In this document: positions 19,109 through 29,091 of the stretch, one piece after another | How the letters are laid out: the number at the start of each line of letters is the position of its first letter | Numbering within the stretch: position 1 is the first letter of the stretch | NCBI GenBank assembly: GCA_964544935.1 | Contig: CAZJDZ010000003.1 | Coordinates: 24,568 to 88,567, forward strand | From: an uncultured Candidatus Saccharibacteria bacterium | GTDB taxonomy: Bacteria; Patescibacteriota; Minisyncoccia; Phycocordibacterales; UBA5272 | Reading direction: 5' to 3' | DNA: 64,000 bases | The notes under the pieces: model-generated | What the model saw: only the letters and a program-made list of their open reading frames with translations | Told to the model about the DNA's origin: nothing | Database searches by the model: none | Made by a program: the position numbers and the translations under genes

Positions 19109-22100
19109 ATGAACAACAACCAACCCCCAAAAACAATTAGTGAGAAAGAGCAGGAAGTTCTTGCTTTCTGGAATGAGCACAAGATTTTTGAAAAGTCCGT
19201 CGAGATGCCAGCTTCTGAAAAAGCAAAAGGCAACTTTTCATTCTATGACGGTCCTCCGTTTGCAACAGGGCTTCCTCACTATGGCCATATTTTAGCAGGG
19301 ACCATTAAAGATGCTATCCCTCGTTACCAGACTATGAAAGGAAATACTGTTCGTCGTGTATGGGGTTGGGATTGTCATGGGCTTCCAATTGAAAACTTGA
19401 TTGAGAAGAAACTTGGCCTTGCAAGTAAAAAAGATATTGAAGACTTTGGTATTGATAAGTTCAATCGCGATGCATACGAGAGCGTTCTTCAGTATGAAGC
19501 AGAGTGGAAGAATATTGTTCCTCGTCTAGGACGTTGGATTGATATGGACATACCGTATAAGACAATGGATGCAACATACACAGAAAGTATCTGGTGGGCA
19601 TGGAAGACTCTCTATGAGAAGAAGCTCGCTTATGAAGGTAACAAGATGATGCATATCTGTCCGAGATGTGAGACTACTCTTGCTCAGAGTGAGGTGGGTA
19701 TGGAATATCATGGTGTGACTGATCTTTCGGTGACTGCGAAGTTTGAGCTCGTCGACGAACCAGGGACATATGTGCTCGCGTGGACTACAACACCGTGGAC
19801 ACTTCCTGGTAACTCAGCACTCGCGGTGAATAGGGATATTATTTATGTGAAGGTAAAAGCAACTGCAAAAGAAGGAGATAGACAAGAGTTGTATATTCTT
19901 GCAAAAACAAAGTTTGAAGAATATAAAGCATACGCTGAAAAAGATTTTGCAGCTTTTGATATTGTTGAAGAATCTACTGGTGATAAACTTGTTGGTAAAA
20001 CATACAAGCCAGTATTTCCTTACTTTGAAAACACTGATTTAGAACACAAAGAAAATATTTTTACAATCTGGCACGCAGACTTTATCACTGATGATGCAGG
20101 TACTGGCATTGCACATGAGGCGCCAGCATTTGGTGCAGAAGATATGGAACTTGCCAAGCTTCATAACATACCAGTGATTAAACATGTGAGAATGGATGGA
20201 ACTTTCATTGATGCGGTTAGTGATTTTGCAGGCATGAAGGTGAAACAAAAAGACGACACTCAGTCAGCAGATATTGAAGTGATCAAATGGCTCGCACATA
20301 ACGGGAAGCTTTTTGAGAAACACAAAATCATACACTCGTACCCACTCTGTTGGCGATGTAAAACGCCGTTACTCAACTATGCAACAAGTAGTTGGTTCGT
20401 CGACGTTCCAGCTATTAAATCTAAACTCATTTCTGAGAATCAGTCCATCGGATGGACTCCGTCTCACACACGTGATGGACGTTTCGGTAAATGGCTAGAA
20501 GGTGCACGCGAGTGGGCGGTTTCACGATCTCGTTATTGGGGAGCACCACTTCCTGTTTGGAAGAATGAAGATGGAAGTGAGGTGAAAGTGATTGGATCAC
20601 TTAAGGAACTTGCTGAGAGCTCAACCGCAAAACCAAAGAACACATACTATGTGATGCGTCATGGCGAGTCTATTGCAAACAGAGATGGGTACATGGATGT
20701 TGGTACAGATATTCACAATCATCTTACTGAAAATGGTATGCAACAAGTACATGTTGCTATCAGTGAGCTTAAGGATAAGCAGATAGATATGATTATTTCT
20801 TCTCCTGTGCTCCGTACACAAGAGACCTCAGAGATTGTTGCAAATGCGCTCAATCTTCCAATCATCTATGATGATCGTATTAGAGAGTACAATATGGGTG
20901 TTTATAATGGGAAACCCGCAAAGGAGTATTTTGATATGTATAAACATACATATGTACAACTTGATACTCGACCAGATGATGGGGAAACACACAGAGAAAT
21001 GATGGACAGATCTATGGCATGTATCTTAGATTTAGAAAAACAGTATGCTGGTAAAACTATTCTTATAGTGACACACGGAGGGCCTGCACGTATGATGACT
21101 ATGGCTTCCGAGCTTCTTACTGAAGAAGAGGTTGTTGAAGAAGAGCGTAGCGGAAAAGTAACACTATATCCAAAAAATGCTCAGATTAAAAAATTAAATC
21201 TTTTACTTGTTCCTCGTGATGAAACAGGTGCAGTTAATCTTCATCGACCGTACATTGATGAAGTAAAACTTATCGACAGTAAAGGAAATGAAATGAAGCG
21301 CATTGGAGACGTGTTTGATTGTTGGTTCGAGTCAGGGTCTATGCCGTTTGCATCAATCCATTATCCATTTGAGAACAAAGAGCTCTTCAAAAAGAATTAT
21401 CCAGCGCAGTTTATTGCTGAAGGAATGGATCAGACGAGAGGGTGGTTCTACTCGCTGATTAACTTAGGAGTTGGGCTCTTTGATAAAGCTCCATACCAGC
21501 ACGTAATCGTGAACGGTCTCGTACTTGCTTCCTCGGGGGTAAAGCTTTCTAAGAGTGAGAAAAACTACACAGATCCTATGGAACTTGTTGAGAAATATGG
21601 GGCGGACGCTATGCGGTATGCGCTCCTTTCGTCTCCAGTTGTTAAAGGAGAAAACCTTCAGTTTGATGATGATGCTATTTCTGATGTTTACAAGAAGTGT
21701 ATTTCACGTCTTGAGAATGTTGTGGCACTGTATGAAATGAATCTTCCTCAAGGGGTTACTCCTCGCGCATCATCAAACAATATTCTTGATACTTGGATGC
21801 TAGCTAGGCTTTATGAACTTATCGCCGCCTCAACACAAGGATACGATACGTATATGTTAGATGAAGCTACTCGTGGAATAGGAGATATCATAGATGATAT
21901 ATCGGTATGGTATACGCGCCGCTCACGAGATCGTCTCAAGGGTGATGAGGGGGAGAAGGAACAGTTGGAGACATACGAAACTCTTTCGTATGTGTTGCTT
22001 ACACTTTCAAAAGTAATGGCACCTGTTATGCCTTTTATCGCAGAGCGTATCTATAAGCAAGTCGGAGGAACAAAAGAATCTGTTCATCTTGATAGTTGGC

Positions 22101-22585
22101 CAGAAGTGGTTTCTGTTAACACAGAGCTCATCAAAGCAATGAAAGAAGTTCGTAATGCGGTTTCTCTTGGGCTTATGAAGAGAACTGAAAGTAAGATTAA
22201 TGTGAAGCAGCCTCTCCTTTCTGTTACTTTTAAGCAATCAATTGATGAGAAGTTCTTTTCTCTTATTAAGGATGAGCTTAATGTGAAAGAGATTCGTATC
22301 GATGCATCTCAAGCAGAAGATGTTGCGCTTGATACAACAATTACCGAAGAACTACAAAGAGAAGGGGATGTGCGTAAACTTATGCGTGCAATACAAGACG
22401 CCCGTAAGGAAAAAGGGCTCAAACCATCAGATGAAATTGTGCTTAGCCTTTCTTCTCGTGAAAATCTTGGAGACATCTCTACACTTCTTGCAACCTGTAA
22501 GGTGAGTGAAGTTCATGAGGTTCCTTCAGTTGAAGGAACTAAAGTTGAACTATCAGATACGGCAGTGACTATTGCAATTCAATAG
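19109..22585 (+). CDS. ileS: isoleucine--tRNA ligase with an embedded histidine-phosphatase (PGAM-like) domain
   Basis: HIGH (PHYGH), WTTTPWTLPGN and KMSKS-variant KLSKS identify IleS. About 200 extra aa are inserted between the conserved ...PVWKNEDGSEVKVIGSLKEL and LHRPYID blocks. The insert contains RHGES, SSPVLRTQET and IVTHGG (histidine-phosphatase superfamily catalytic core). Confidence 0.9.
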   Translation: MNNNQPPKTISEKEQEVLAFWNEHKIFEKSVEMPASEKAKGNFSFYDGPPFATGLPHYGHILAGTIKDAIPRYQTMKGNTVRRVWGWDCHGLPIENLIEKKLGLASKKDIEDFGIDKFNRDAYESVLQYEAEWKNIVPRLGRWIDMDIPYKTMDATYTESIWWAWKTLYEKKLAYEGNKMMHICPRCETTLAQSEVGMEYHGVTDLSVTAKFELVDEPGTYVLAWTTTPWTLPGNSALAVNRDIIYVKVKATAKEGDRQELYILAKTKFEEYKAYAEKDFAAFDIVEESTGDKLVGKTYKPVFPYFENTDLEHKENIFTIWHADFITDDAGTGIAHEAPAFGAEDMELAKLHNIPVIKHVRMDGTFIDAVSDFAGMKVKQKDDTQSADIEVIKWLAHNGKLFEKHKIIHSYPLCWRCKTPLLNYATSSWFVDVPAIKSKLISENQSIGWTPSHTRDGRFGKWLEGAREWAVSRSRYWGAPLPVWKNEDGSEVKVIGSLKELAESSTAKPKNTYYVMRHGESIANRDGYMDVGTDIHNHLTENGMQQVHVAISELKDKQIDMIISSPVLRTQETSEIVANALNLPIIYDDRIREYNMGVYNGKPAKEYFDMYKHTYVQLDTRPDDGETHREMMDRSMACILDLEKQYAGKTILIVTHGGPARMMTMASELLTEEEVVEEERSGKVTLYPKNAQIKKLNLLLVPRDETGAVNLHRPYIDEVKLIDSKGNEMKRIGDVFDCWFESGSMPFASIHYPFENKELFKKNYPAQFIAEGMDQTRGWFYSLINLGVGLFDKAPYQHVIVNGLVLASSGVKLSKSEKNYTDPMELVEKYGADAMRYALLSSPVVKGENLQFDDDAISDVYKKCISRLENVVALYEMNLPQGVTPRASSNNILDTWMLARLYELIAASTQGYDTYMLDEATRGIGDIIDDISVWYTRRSRDRLKGDEGEKEQLETYETLSYVLLTLSKVMAPVMPFIAERIYKQVGGTKESVHLDSWPEVVSVNTELIKAMKEVRNAVSLGLMKRTESKINVKQPLLSVTFKQSIDEKFFSLIKDELNVKEIRIDASQAEDVALDTTITEELQREGDVRKLMRAIQDARKEKGLKPSDEIVLSLSSRENLGDISTLLATCKVSEVHEVPSVEGTKVELSDTAVTIAIQ

Positions 22586-22620
22586 TTGTAACTAACCCCT
22601 GTCACCTATTCACTACACTC

Positions 22621-23175
22621 ATGGCTATCGAAAAATACGTCACACGTGCCATCATCCTTGAATCATACGATCAAGGTGAACATGATAAGGCATATAAAGT
22701 GTTTACTCGAGAATTTGGGTTACTTATTTGTCAGGCAAAGAGTATTCGTAAGCTTGAAAGTAAATTACGAGCACATGTGCTTCCACGGTCAATCAGTCTC
22801 ATCACACTTGTGCAGGGGCGTGAAGTGTGGCGACTTGTTGGGGCGGAAAATGAAATGCAGAATTCTCCGTACATACATGAAGTAACAACTCTTCTTAAAC
22901 GTTTTGTCCGCGGAGAAGGGATACATAGAGCTCTCTACGATAGAATGGTATCTTTTCTAGAATCTTCTCCTTTGTATGATGAGCAGTCAGCACGTCTCCT
23001 TCTATACTATATTCTTCTTGTTGAACTTGGATATGCTGATGCGAAAGTAATAGGTGTTCATTCGCTTAAAGAATATATATCTTTTTCTAGTAATGATCTA
23101 TACACACATCTTTTACTTAACAAAACACAAGTGCGAAAGCATGTGCAGGAGGTTTTGAAGGAAATACAACTGTAG
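22621..23175 (+). CDS. recO: RecO-like DNA repair protein (short form)
   Basis: N-terminal OB-fold pattern (AIILESYDQGEHDKAYKVFTREFGLL...SKLRAHVLPRSISLITLVQGRE) resembles RecO. At 184 aa it is shorter than typical RecO. Confidence 0.4.
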   Translation: MAIEKYVTRAIILESYDQGEHDKAYKVFTREFGLLICQAKSIRKLESKLRAHVLPRSISLITLVQGREVWRLVGAENEMQNSPYIHEVTTLLKRFVRGEGIHRALYDRMVSFLESSPLYDEQSARLLLYYILLVELGYADAKVIGVHSLKEYISFSSNDLYTHLLLNKTQVRKHVQEVLKEIQL

Positions 23176-23343
23176 AAGGGAGAGGATAGAGTGTAGACTG
23201 CTACGCTGATAGAATATAAATACAGAGAACAGAGCTCAGAATATAGATCGCGATTACGCTAACAGACAAATACTTGGCGTGTACTACTGACCACTTACAC
23301 TTTCTCTATCTTCTATCTTCTATCTTCTGTTATACTTACCCAT

Positions 23344-25206
23344 ATGGATATCCCTAAGAGAGAAGAAAGTTCAATCGATGCAATTGAGCATCAACTGTAT
23401 GACCCAAAAGTAAGGGTTACTGATGGTGAAATTCATCACACAAGACCACATAGGGAAATGAATCTCCCTACATCATGGGGTGATGATGCTCCTATTATCA
23501 TAAAAGGGCAAGAAGAAAGAGGATTTTCTTTTGGTGTGAAGCTTCTTATGATTGCAACAGTACTTCTCTTCCTTTCACTTGCATTTTCTACATGGAGAGT
23601 TCTTTCTTTGCGTAATGTGGTTTCTGCTGAAAATATTGATATGACAGCTGATATTACCCCTTTCATTGAAGGCGGAGAAACAACCAAACTGATCCTTACT
23701 CTTCATAACAGAAATGCTTCTCCTCTTGAAAATTCAAGCGTAACACTTTTGTATAAACAAGGTAATGGTTCACAAGATGAGCAAGAGAAAATTCAAGATA
23801 AAAAAGAAGTTGGCAGTATTAAGACCAATGAGTATAAGAAACAAGATTTCCCTGTGACACTTTATGGAGCAGAAGGAGAATCTCGAGACCTTACTGTTAA
23901 GTTGGAGTATAAAGTTTCTGGTTCAAATGCTACATTTTCTAAAATAGTAACAACACAAGTTGTGCTCCGCGCACCTCCTATTGCTGTGCATATTGATGGG
24001 CCAGAAAAGTTGTCGGTAGGACAAATCGGATCATACACTATCAATATCAAAAATAACTCAGCGTCTACATCACTTCCAAGCACACTCATGCTTACGCTTC
24101 CAAATAGTTTTACTATTGTAAGCACACAACCACAACCAATTACTCGTAGTAGTTCTTGGAGTATCGATGCACTTCCGTCAGGGGCTTCAAAAACAATTAC
24201 TCTCACAGGTTCTTTTGATGGTAAGCAGGATGAAGTTGCAACTATTCAGGCAAAGATTGGTTCAAAAGGAGATAGTCAAACGGCTATCGGTATTGTGTAT
24301 TCTTCAGAAAGTAAAGATATTACATTACATGATTCACCGCTCACTCTAGTGGCAAGTCTTTTTAGTGACCATGGGGGAACTGATGTAATTCGTTACGGCG
24401 ATAGAGCAACAGTAAGTATTGGGTATAGTAATACAAGTAACCAAGCCCTTGAAGATGTTTCAATCAAACTTACTCTCTCTGGCGATGCTGCAGTATATGA
24501 GAATATTAATCCTACAAATGGTTATTATGATTCACAAGCTAAGACGATTACTTGGAATCAAGCGTCTATCCCTGATCTTGCTGTACTTGCACCAAATGCA
24601 CAAGGTACTCTTCAGATAGTTGTACCTATTGTTGCAAAAGGTAACAATTCTCCGGTACTCAAAGTGTCTCTCGTAGGAACAGCGGGTGTTAAAGAAGCGG
24701 ACATGGTGACTACTGTTATTAAAACATGGGGTGTTCAGGGAAGTGCAACACTTAATGCAAGCACTCAGTACAAAACTTCTCCATTTCCAAACACAGGCCC
24801 AATTCCACCAGAACCTAATCAAGAAACTACATATACTGCCCATCTCGCTATTTCTGCACAAAACGCCCTTTCATCTGCTAGAGTTTCATTTACCTTGCCT
24901 GCATATGTGACATGGAAGGGTATAACATCTGATCCTAAAGTTGTTTCGTATGACACAAGGACACGTACAGTTACGTGGGATACTGGCCCTCTTGCTCAAG
25001 GTGTTGTTGCAGCTCTCGATATTAGTCTCTCTGTACGTCCTTCTCAAAGTCATGTTGGGCAAACACCAGCAATTACATCTGGAATTATTTTGGATGCCGA
25101 TGAAGAAGTTTCTCGTTCCCATATACGAACCACGCTTTCCCCACTTACAACTGCTATTCGTAATGAATCTTGGCCAAGTAACCCCTCAATCGTGATATCT
25201 AAGTAA
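23344..25206 (+). CDS. hypothetical single-pass membrane protein with a large extracytoplasmic beta-rich domain
   Basis: 620 aa. TM helix near residues 60-85. S/T-rich repetitive beta-strand-like segments. Confidence 0.45.
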   Translation: MDIPKREESSIDAIEHQLYDPKVRVTDGEIHHTRPHREMNLPTSWGDDAPIIIKGQEERGFSFGVKLLMIATVLLFLSLAFSTWRVLSLRNVVSAENIDMTADITPFIEGGETTKLILTLHNRNASPLENSSVTLLYKQGNGSQDEQEKIQDKKEVGSIKTNEYKKQDFPVTLYGAEGESRDLTVKLEYKVSGSNATFSKIVTTQVVLRAPPIAVHIDGPEKLSVGQIGSYTINIKNNSASTSLPSTLMLTLPNSFTIVSTQPQPITRSSSWSIDALPSGASKTITLTGSFDGKQDEVATIQAKIGSKGDSQTAIGIVYSSESKDITLHDSPLTLVASLFSDHGGTDVIRYGDRATVSIGYSNTSNQALEDVSIKLTLSGDAAVYENINPTNGYYDSQAKTITWNQASIPDLAVLAPNAQGTLQIVVPIVAKGNNSPVLKVSLVGTAGVKEADMVTTVIKTWGVQGSATLNASTQYKTSPFPNTGPIPPEPNQETTYTAHLAISAQNALSSARVSFTLPAYVTWKGITSDPKVVSYDTRTRTVTWDTGPLAQGVVAALDISLSVRPSQSHVGQTPAITSGIILDADEEVSRSHIRTTLSPLTTAIRNESWPSNPSIVISK

Positions 25207-25333
25207 ATTAAGCAGAAACAGAAAATAGATGATAGGCACAATATAAGAATACAGATAAACTTCTTGTTCTTTAATAATAAACTAAAATTGACTTCTTCTA
25301 CACGCTACACGCTACATATGCTAGAATAGCCAC

Positions 25334-26386
25334 ATGAAAGAAACAACAACGATCTCTATCTCAACGGGAAGTATTGTTAAAATATTAGTAATAGTAACTA
25401 TATTCGCAGGTCTTGTTTTTGTTAAGGATTTTTTAATTGCGCTTCTTGTGGCAGTAGTTTTGGCATCTACTGTAGAAATGCCTGTAAAAGCGCTTGGTAA
25501 ATTGGGTGTTCCTCGAACATTTTCGGTTATCTCTATCTTTCTATCATTGCTTATTCTTCTTACAGCTACGGTGTTCGTTTTTCTTCCTCCTCTTGCAGAC
25601 GATATCGCGCTCTTTGTGAAGACACTTCCAAAGATTCTTGATTCCGTTCGTATTTTTGGTCGAGATCTTGGTTTTAAAGACCTTTCTCTTGCTCTTTCTG
25701 ATTTATCACGTGATATTTCTAAGGGGCAAATTTTAACAATACTTAAAAATGTATTTCTTGGATCTGGTGGTTTTTTTGCAACAACAACAGCTGTTGTAGG
25801 AAGTGTTATTAATTTTGTTCTCACGTTTGTGCTTGCGTTCTATTTAGCGCTTGAAGAAAATGGGGTGCAAAAGTTTCTCCAGCTCATCTTTCCTAAGCGT
25901 CAGGAGGAATATATTATTGGTCTTTGGAGTCGTGCTCAACAAAAGATCGGTCTTTGGATGCAAGGACAGCTACTTCTCTCATTGTTAGTTGCGCTTCTTG
26001 TATATATTCCAATGCTTATTCTCGATATGCCGTATGCAACACTCCTTGCTACTCTTGCATTCTTTGGTGAACTCATTCCGATGGTCGGACTTACGCTTGC
26101 AACTATTCCAGCACTTTTCCTCGCGTGGGTTCATGGTGGCACATCACTCCTTGGTGTTGTTGCTGTTATTTACTTTATTATTAGTCAGCTTGAGAATCAT
26201 GTATTGTATCCTAAAGTAATGAACAAGATGGTCGGCGTGCCATCTGTTGTTGTGATTATTGCAATTGTGATTGGTGCTAAGCTTGCAGGTATTTGGGGAG
26301 TTGTTCTTGCGGTACCCCTCGCATCTATTCTTATGGAACTTGCAGATGATGTTAATAAACGAAAAAGCAATGTTGGAGGAGAATAA
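25334..26386 (+). CDS. AI-2E family transporter (PerM/UPF0118)
   Basis: 350 aa, about 8 TM helices. Conserved C-terminal block ...LENHVLYPKVM...VGVPSVVVIIAIVIGAKLAGIWGVVLAVPLASIL. Confidence 0.7.
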   Translation: MKETTTISISTGSIVKILVIVTIFAGLVFVKDFLIALLVAVVLASTVEMPVKALGKLGVPRTFSVISIFLSLLILLTATVFVFLPPLADDIALFVKTLPKILDSVRIFGRDLGFKDLSLALSDLSRDISKGQILTILKNVFLGSGGFFATTTAVVGSVINFVLTFVLAFYLALEENGVQKFLQLIFPKRQEEYIIGLWSRAQQKIGLWMQGQLLLSLLVALLVYIPMLILDMPYATLLATLAFFGELIPMVGLTLATIPALFLAWVHGGTSLLGVVAVIYFIISQLENHVLYPKVMNKMVGVPSVVVIIAIVIGAKLAGIWGVVLAVPLASILMELADDVNKRKSNVGGE

Positions 26387-27818
26387 AAAATTCTATATCA
26401 CAACAACACTTCCATACGTGAACTCAGACCCTCACGTTGGTTTTGCAATGGAAATTATTCGTGCGGATGTTATTGCTCGCTATAAACGCTCACTAGGATT
26501 TGATGTATTTTTTAATACAGGAACTGATGAGCATGGGGCCAAGATTCATGAGAATGCAGTAAAGCAGGGGACAGATGTACAGGTATATGTTGATGGGTAT
26601 GCAGAGAAGTTTAAAGAGTTAACAAAAGTTCTTAACATAGAAGATGTGCATTTCATTCGTACAACAGATGAGAAGCATGTTGCTGCCGCAAAGGAGATGT
26701 GGAAGCGCTGCTCCGATAACGGATATATTTATAAGAAAACATACCAAGCTAAATACTGCGTTGGGTGTGAACTTAACAAGACCGATAGCGAGCTTGTTGA
26801 CGGTAAATGTCCAATACATCCTAATCGTGATATTGAACTTATTGATGAAGAAAACTACTTCTTCAAGTTTTCAGCATTTCAAAAACCTCTTCTTGATTTT
26901 TATAATGCAAATCCAGATTTTGTTATTCCTGATTTTCGTTTCAATGAAATCAGAAGCTTTGTAGAACGTGGGCTTGAAGATTTTTCTATCTCACGCCTCA
27001 AGTCTAAAATGCCGTGGGGGGTGGATGTTCCAAATGACCCTGACCATGTTATGTACGTATGGTTTGATGCGCTCACGAGCTATATCTCAACACTTGGATG
27101 GGGGACAGATGACAAGGATTTTGATTTTTGGAAAGATGGAACTCCGGTTCAGTACTGCGGCAAGGACAATCTTCGTCAACAGTCTGCAATGTGGCAGGCG
27201 ATGCTCATGGCAGCAGGACTACCAAATTCTAAACATATTATTATTGACGGATTCATTACTTCCGGTGGTCAGAAGATGAGTAAGTCTGTCGGGAATGTAA
27301 TTTCACCATTTGATGTCATCGATGCATTCAAAGATGTAACGGATTATCCAGAAGAAGTACTTCGCTTTGTTTTGCTTCATGAAATCTCCTCGTTTGAAGA
27401 TGGTGATATTACTATGGAAAGTATCAAGACTGCGTATACTGCATACCTTCAGAATGGAATCGGGAATCTTACGAATCGTATTATGAAGATGGCAATAACA
27501 GCGCAGACTACCGCAGAACAAATGCAGACCATCGCGGAAAGGGATACAAACCTTGAACAGTTTGATGTTAAAAAAAGCATAGAACATCTTATGACAAAAG
27601 TTGCAACGCTTGATAAAAAAATTCAAACAGAGGAACCTTTTAAAGTAATTAAAATTGATGAAGAAAAAGGTAAGAAAATAATCAAAGAGTTACTTGAGGA
27701 ACTATATGGGGTTGCGCTCAAGTTACAAATTTGCCTTCCTAAAACTTCTGCAAAAATCCTCGAGTGTATCCGTGAAAATAAGATGCCAGAAAAACCTCTC
27801 TTTAATCGCTTACCATAA
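26370..27818 (+). CDS. metG: methionine--tRNA ligase
   Basis: YITTTLPYVNSDPHVGFAMEIIRADVIARYKR...GTDEHGAKI (HIGH region) and GGQKMSKSVGN (KMSKS). Start set at MLEENKK (ATG 26370), overlapping the upstream gene end by 17 nt. Confidence 0.9.
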   Translation: MLEENKKFYITTTLPYVNSDPHVGFAMEIIRADVIARYKRSLGFDVFFNTGTDEHGAKIHENAVKQGTDVQVYVDGYAEKFKELTKVLNIEDVHFIRTTDEKHVAAAKEMWKRCSDNGYIYKKTYQAKYCVGCELNKTDSELVDGKCPIHPNRDIELIDEENYFFKFSAFQKPLLDFYNANPDFVIPDFRFNEIRSFVERGLEDFSISRLKSKMPWGVDVPNDPDHVMYVWFDALTSYISTLGWGTDDKDFDFWKDGTPVQYCGKDNLRQQSAMWQAMLMAAGLPNSKHIIIDGFITSGGQKMSKSVGNVISPFDVIDAFKDVTDYPEEVLRFVLLHEISSFEDGDITMESIKTAYTAYLQNGIGNLTNRIMKMAITAQTTAEQMQTIAERDTNLEQFDVKKSIEHLMTKVATLDKKIQTEEPFKVIKIDEEKGKKIIKELLEELYGVALKLQICLPKTSAKILECIRENKMPEKPLFNRLP

Positions 27819-27823
27819 ATAAT

Positions 27824-28564
27824 ATGAAAGATGAAAATCAGTTTTTTGATATCAATCAGCTCCCTCAAGAAGAAGGTTTATTATTGTTTGGTATCTCTAT
27901 GAATAGAATTGGGAATATTCAGTCACCAGAAAAATGTTTTTCATACATGGAGCATCTTGGAGGAAAGATTCCGGTAAAGACAGAAGGTGTAGGTCTTGTG
28001 ACGCTTTATTCTGACTACTTGTACCTCCTTTCTAATGAGCCGGCAAACGTGCTACGAGATAGATATAAAGAACTTATGTGGAGCCATAAAGATGGTTTTA
28101 TGAATCTGATAAAGAAGGATCCAAGATTTGTTCCAAAAGCTTTTTCATTTCTATCTTTTGGTCAAGTTATGCTTGATAACTCAGAGGTATTTCGGCCAGC
28201 TCTCGATAAGGTTGTTGCCCTCTATCGTGATGACCCTGTTTTCAAAAATCTTGTTGATAAAGATTGTAAAATAACTGATCATGGTCTTGGTGAAAATGAA
28301 AGAATGTTTATTCTTGAGGAGATAACTTTCTTCTATCTTGCAGCAAAAGGTAGATTGGTTTTTAATAATAGTTTTGTTAATAGAACAGAGCAGTGGATAC
28401 TCCCAGTATACCCAGGAAAACCCCTACAGTGTGAAGCGTACTTATACCAGAAGAATCCATTAGGGTTACATAATCCAAAGAACAAATATGAAAATAGTTG
28501 TTACGATTCACAAGATAAAAAAGTGTATGATTTGCTTAAACTAGATAGTGGCACTTTTAACTGA
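27824..28564 (+). CDS. hypothetical protein
   Basis: 246-aa ORF directly after metG. No recognised motif. Confidence 0.35.
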   Translation: MKDENQFFDINQLPQEEGLLLFGISMNRIGNIQSPEKCFSYMEHLGGKIPVKTEGVGLVTLYSDYLYLLSNEPANVLRDRYKELMWSHKDGFMNLIKKDPRFVPKAFSFLSFGQVMLDNSEVFRPALDKVVALYRDDPVFKNLVDKDCKITDHGLGENERMFILEEITFFYLAAKGRLVFNNSFVNRTEQWILPVYPGKPLQCEAYLYQKNPLGLHNPKNKYENSCYDSQDKKVYDLLKLDSGTFN

Positions 28565-29078
28565 AATGAAGATTTTTAGTTCAAGTTTAGAATTAGAACA
28601 AATGGTCGTGTACATCTTTGTAAATAAAGAAAAAGTACATGACGAAATCTTTGATCTCCTGCATGAGTATCCTCAGAATTTTTTACACGGACATTTTGAA
28701 ACATGGGCAGATGAAGATTACAAAGAATCAGAAATAATGACAGCACAATATGCAGGTAAGATTATCGGATGTTTATTTTATAATAAAATTACACACGAAT
28801 TTAATTGGCTTGCAGTTTCGTCAAAGATACCAAAAGGTAAGAGAGAGATAGCAAAAAAACTTTTTGAGCATATTTTTGAAACTCTCTCAGAAGGGACTTC
28901 ATTTTTTTGGTATGTTAATACTGAGGATTCTGTTTATGATGGTTATCCTGAGCTCGGGAAATATTTTGAGCCAGCGAGAGCATTATACAAGTCAATGGGA
29001 CTCACTTTTACTCGGGTGGAGAATAAGTTCGGGAAAGGAGCACATGCATATAGAGTTGAAGGAATTATAAAGAAATAA
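28548..29078 (+). CDS. hypothetical protein
   Basis: 176-aa ORF overlapping the upstream gene by 17 nt (operon-like). No family assignment. Confidence 0.35.
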   Translation: MALLTEMKIFSSSLELEQMVVYIFVNKEKVHDEIFDLLHEYPQNFLHGHFETWADEDYKESEIMTAQYAGKIIGCLFYNKITHEFNWLAVSSKIPKGKREIAKKLFEHIFETLSEGTSFFWYVNTEDSVYDGYPELGKYFEPARALYKSMGLTFTRVENKFGKGAHAYRVEGIIKK

Positions 29079-29091
29079 GTAAAGAATAACT

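Noticed and set aside
23303-23330. Short tandem repeat (TTCTATC)x3 as a CRISPR array
   Set aside because: It is only three 7-nt units with no spacers, no repeat-spacer periodicity and no cas genes nearby. It was treated as a regulatory or simple-sequence repeat instead.
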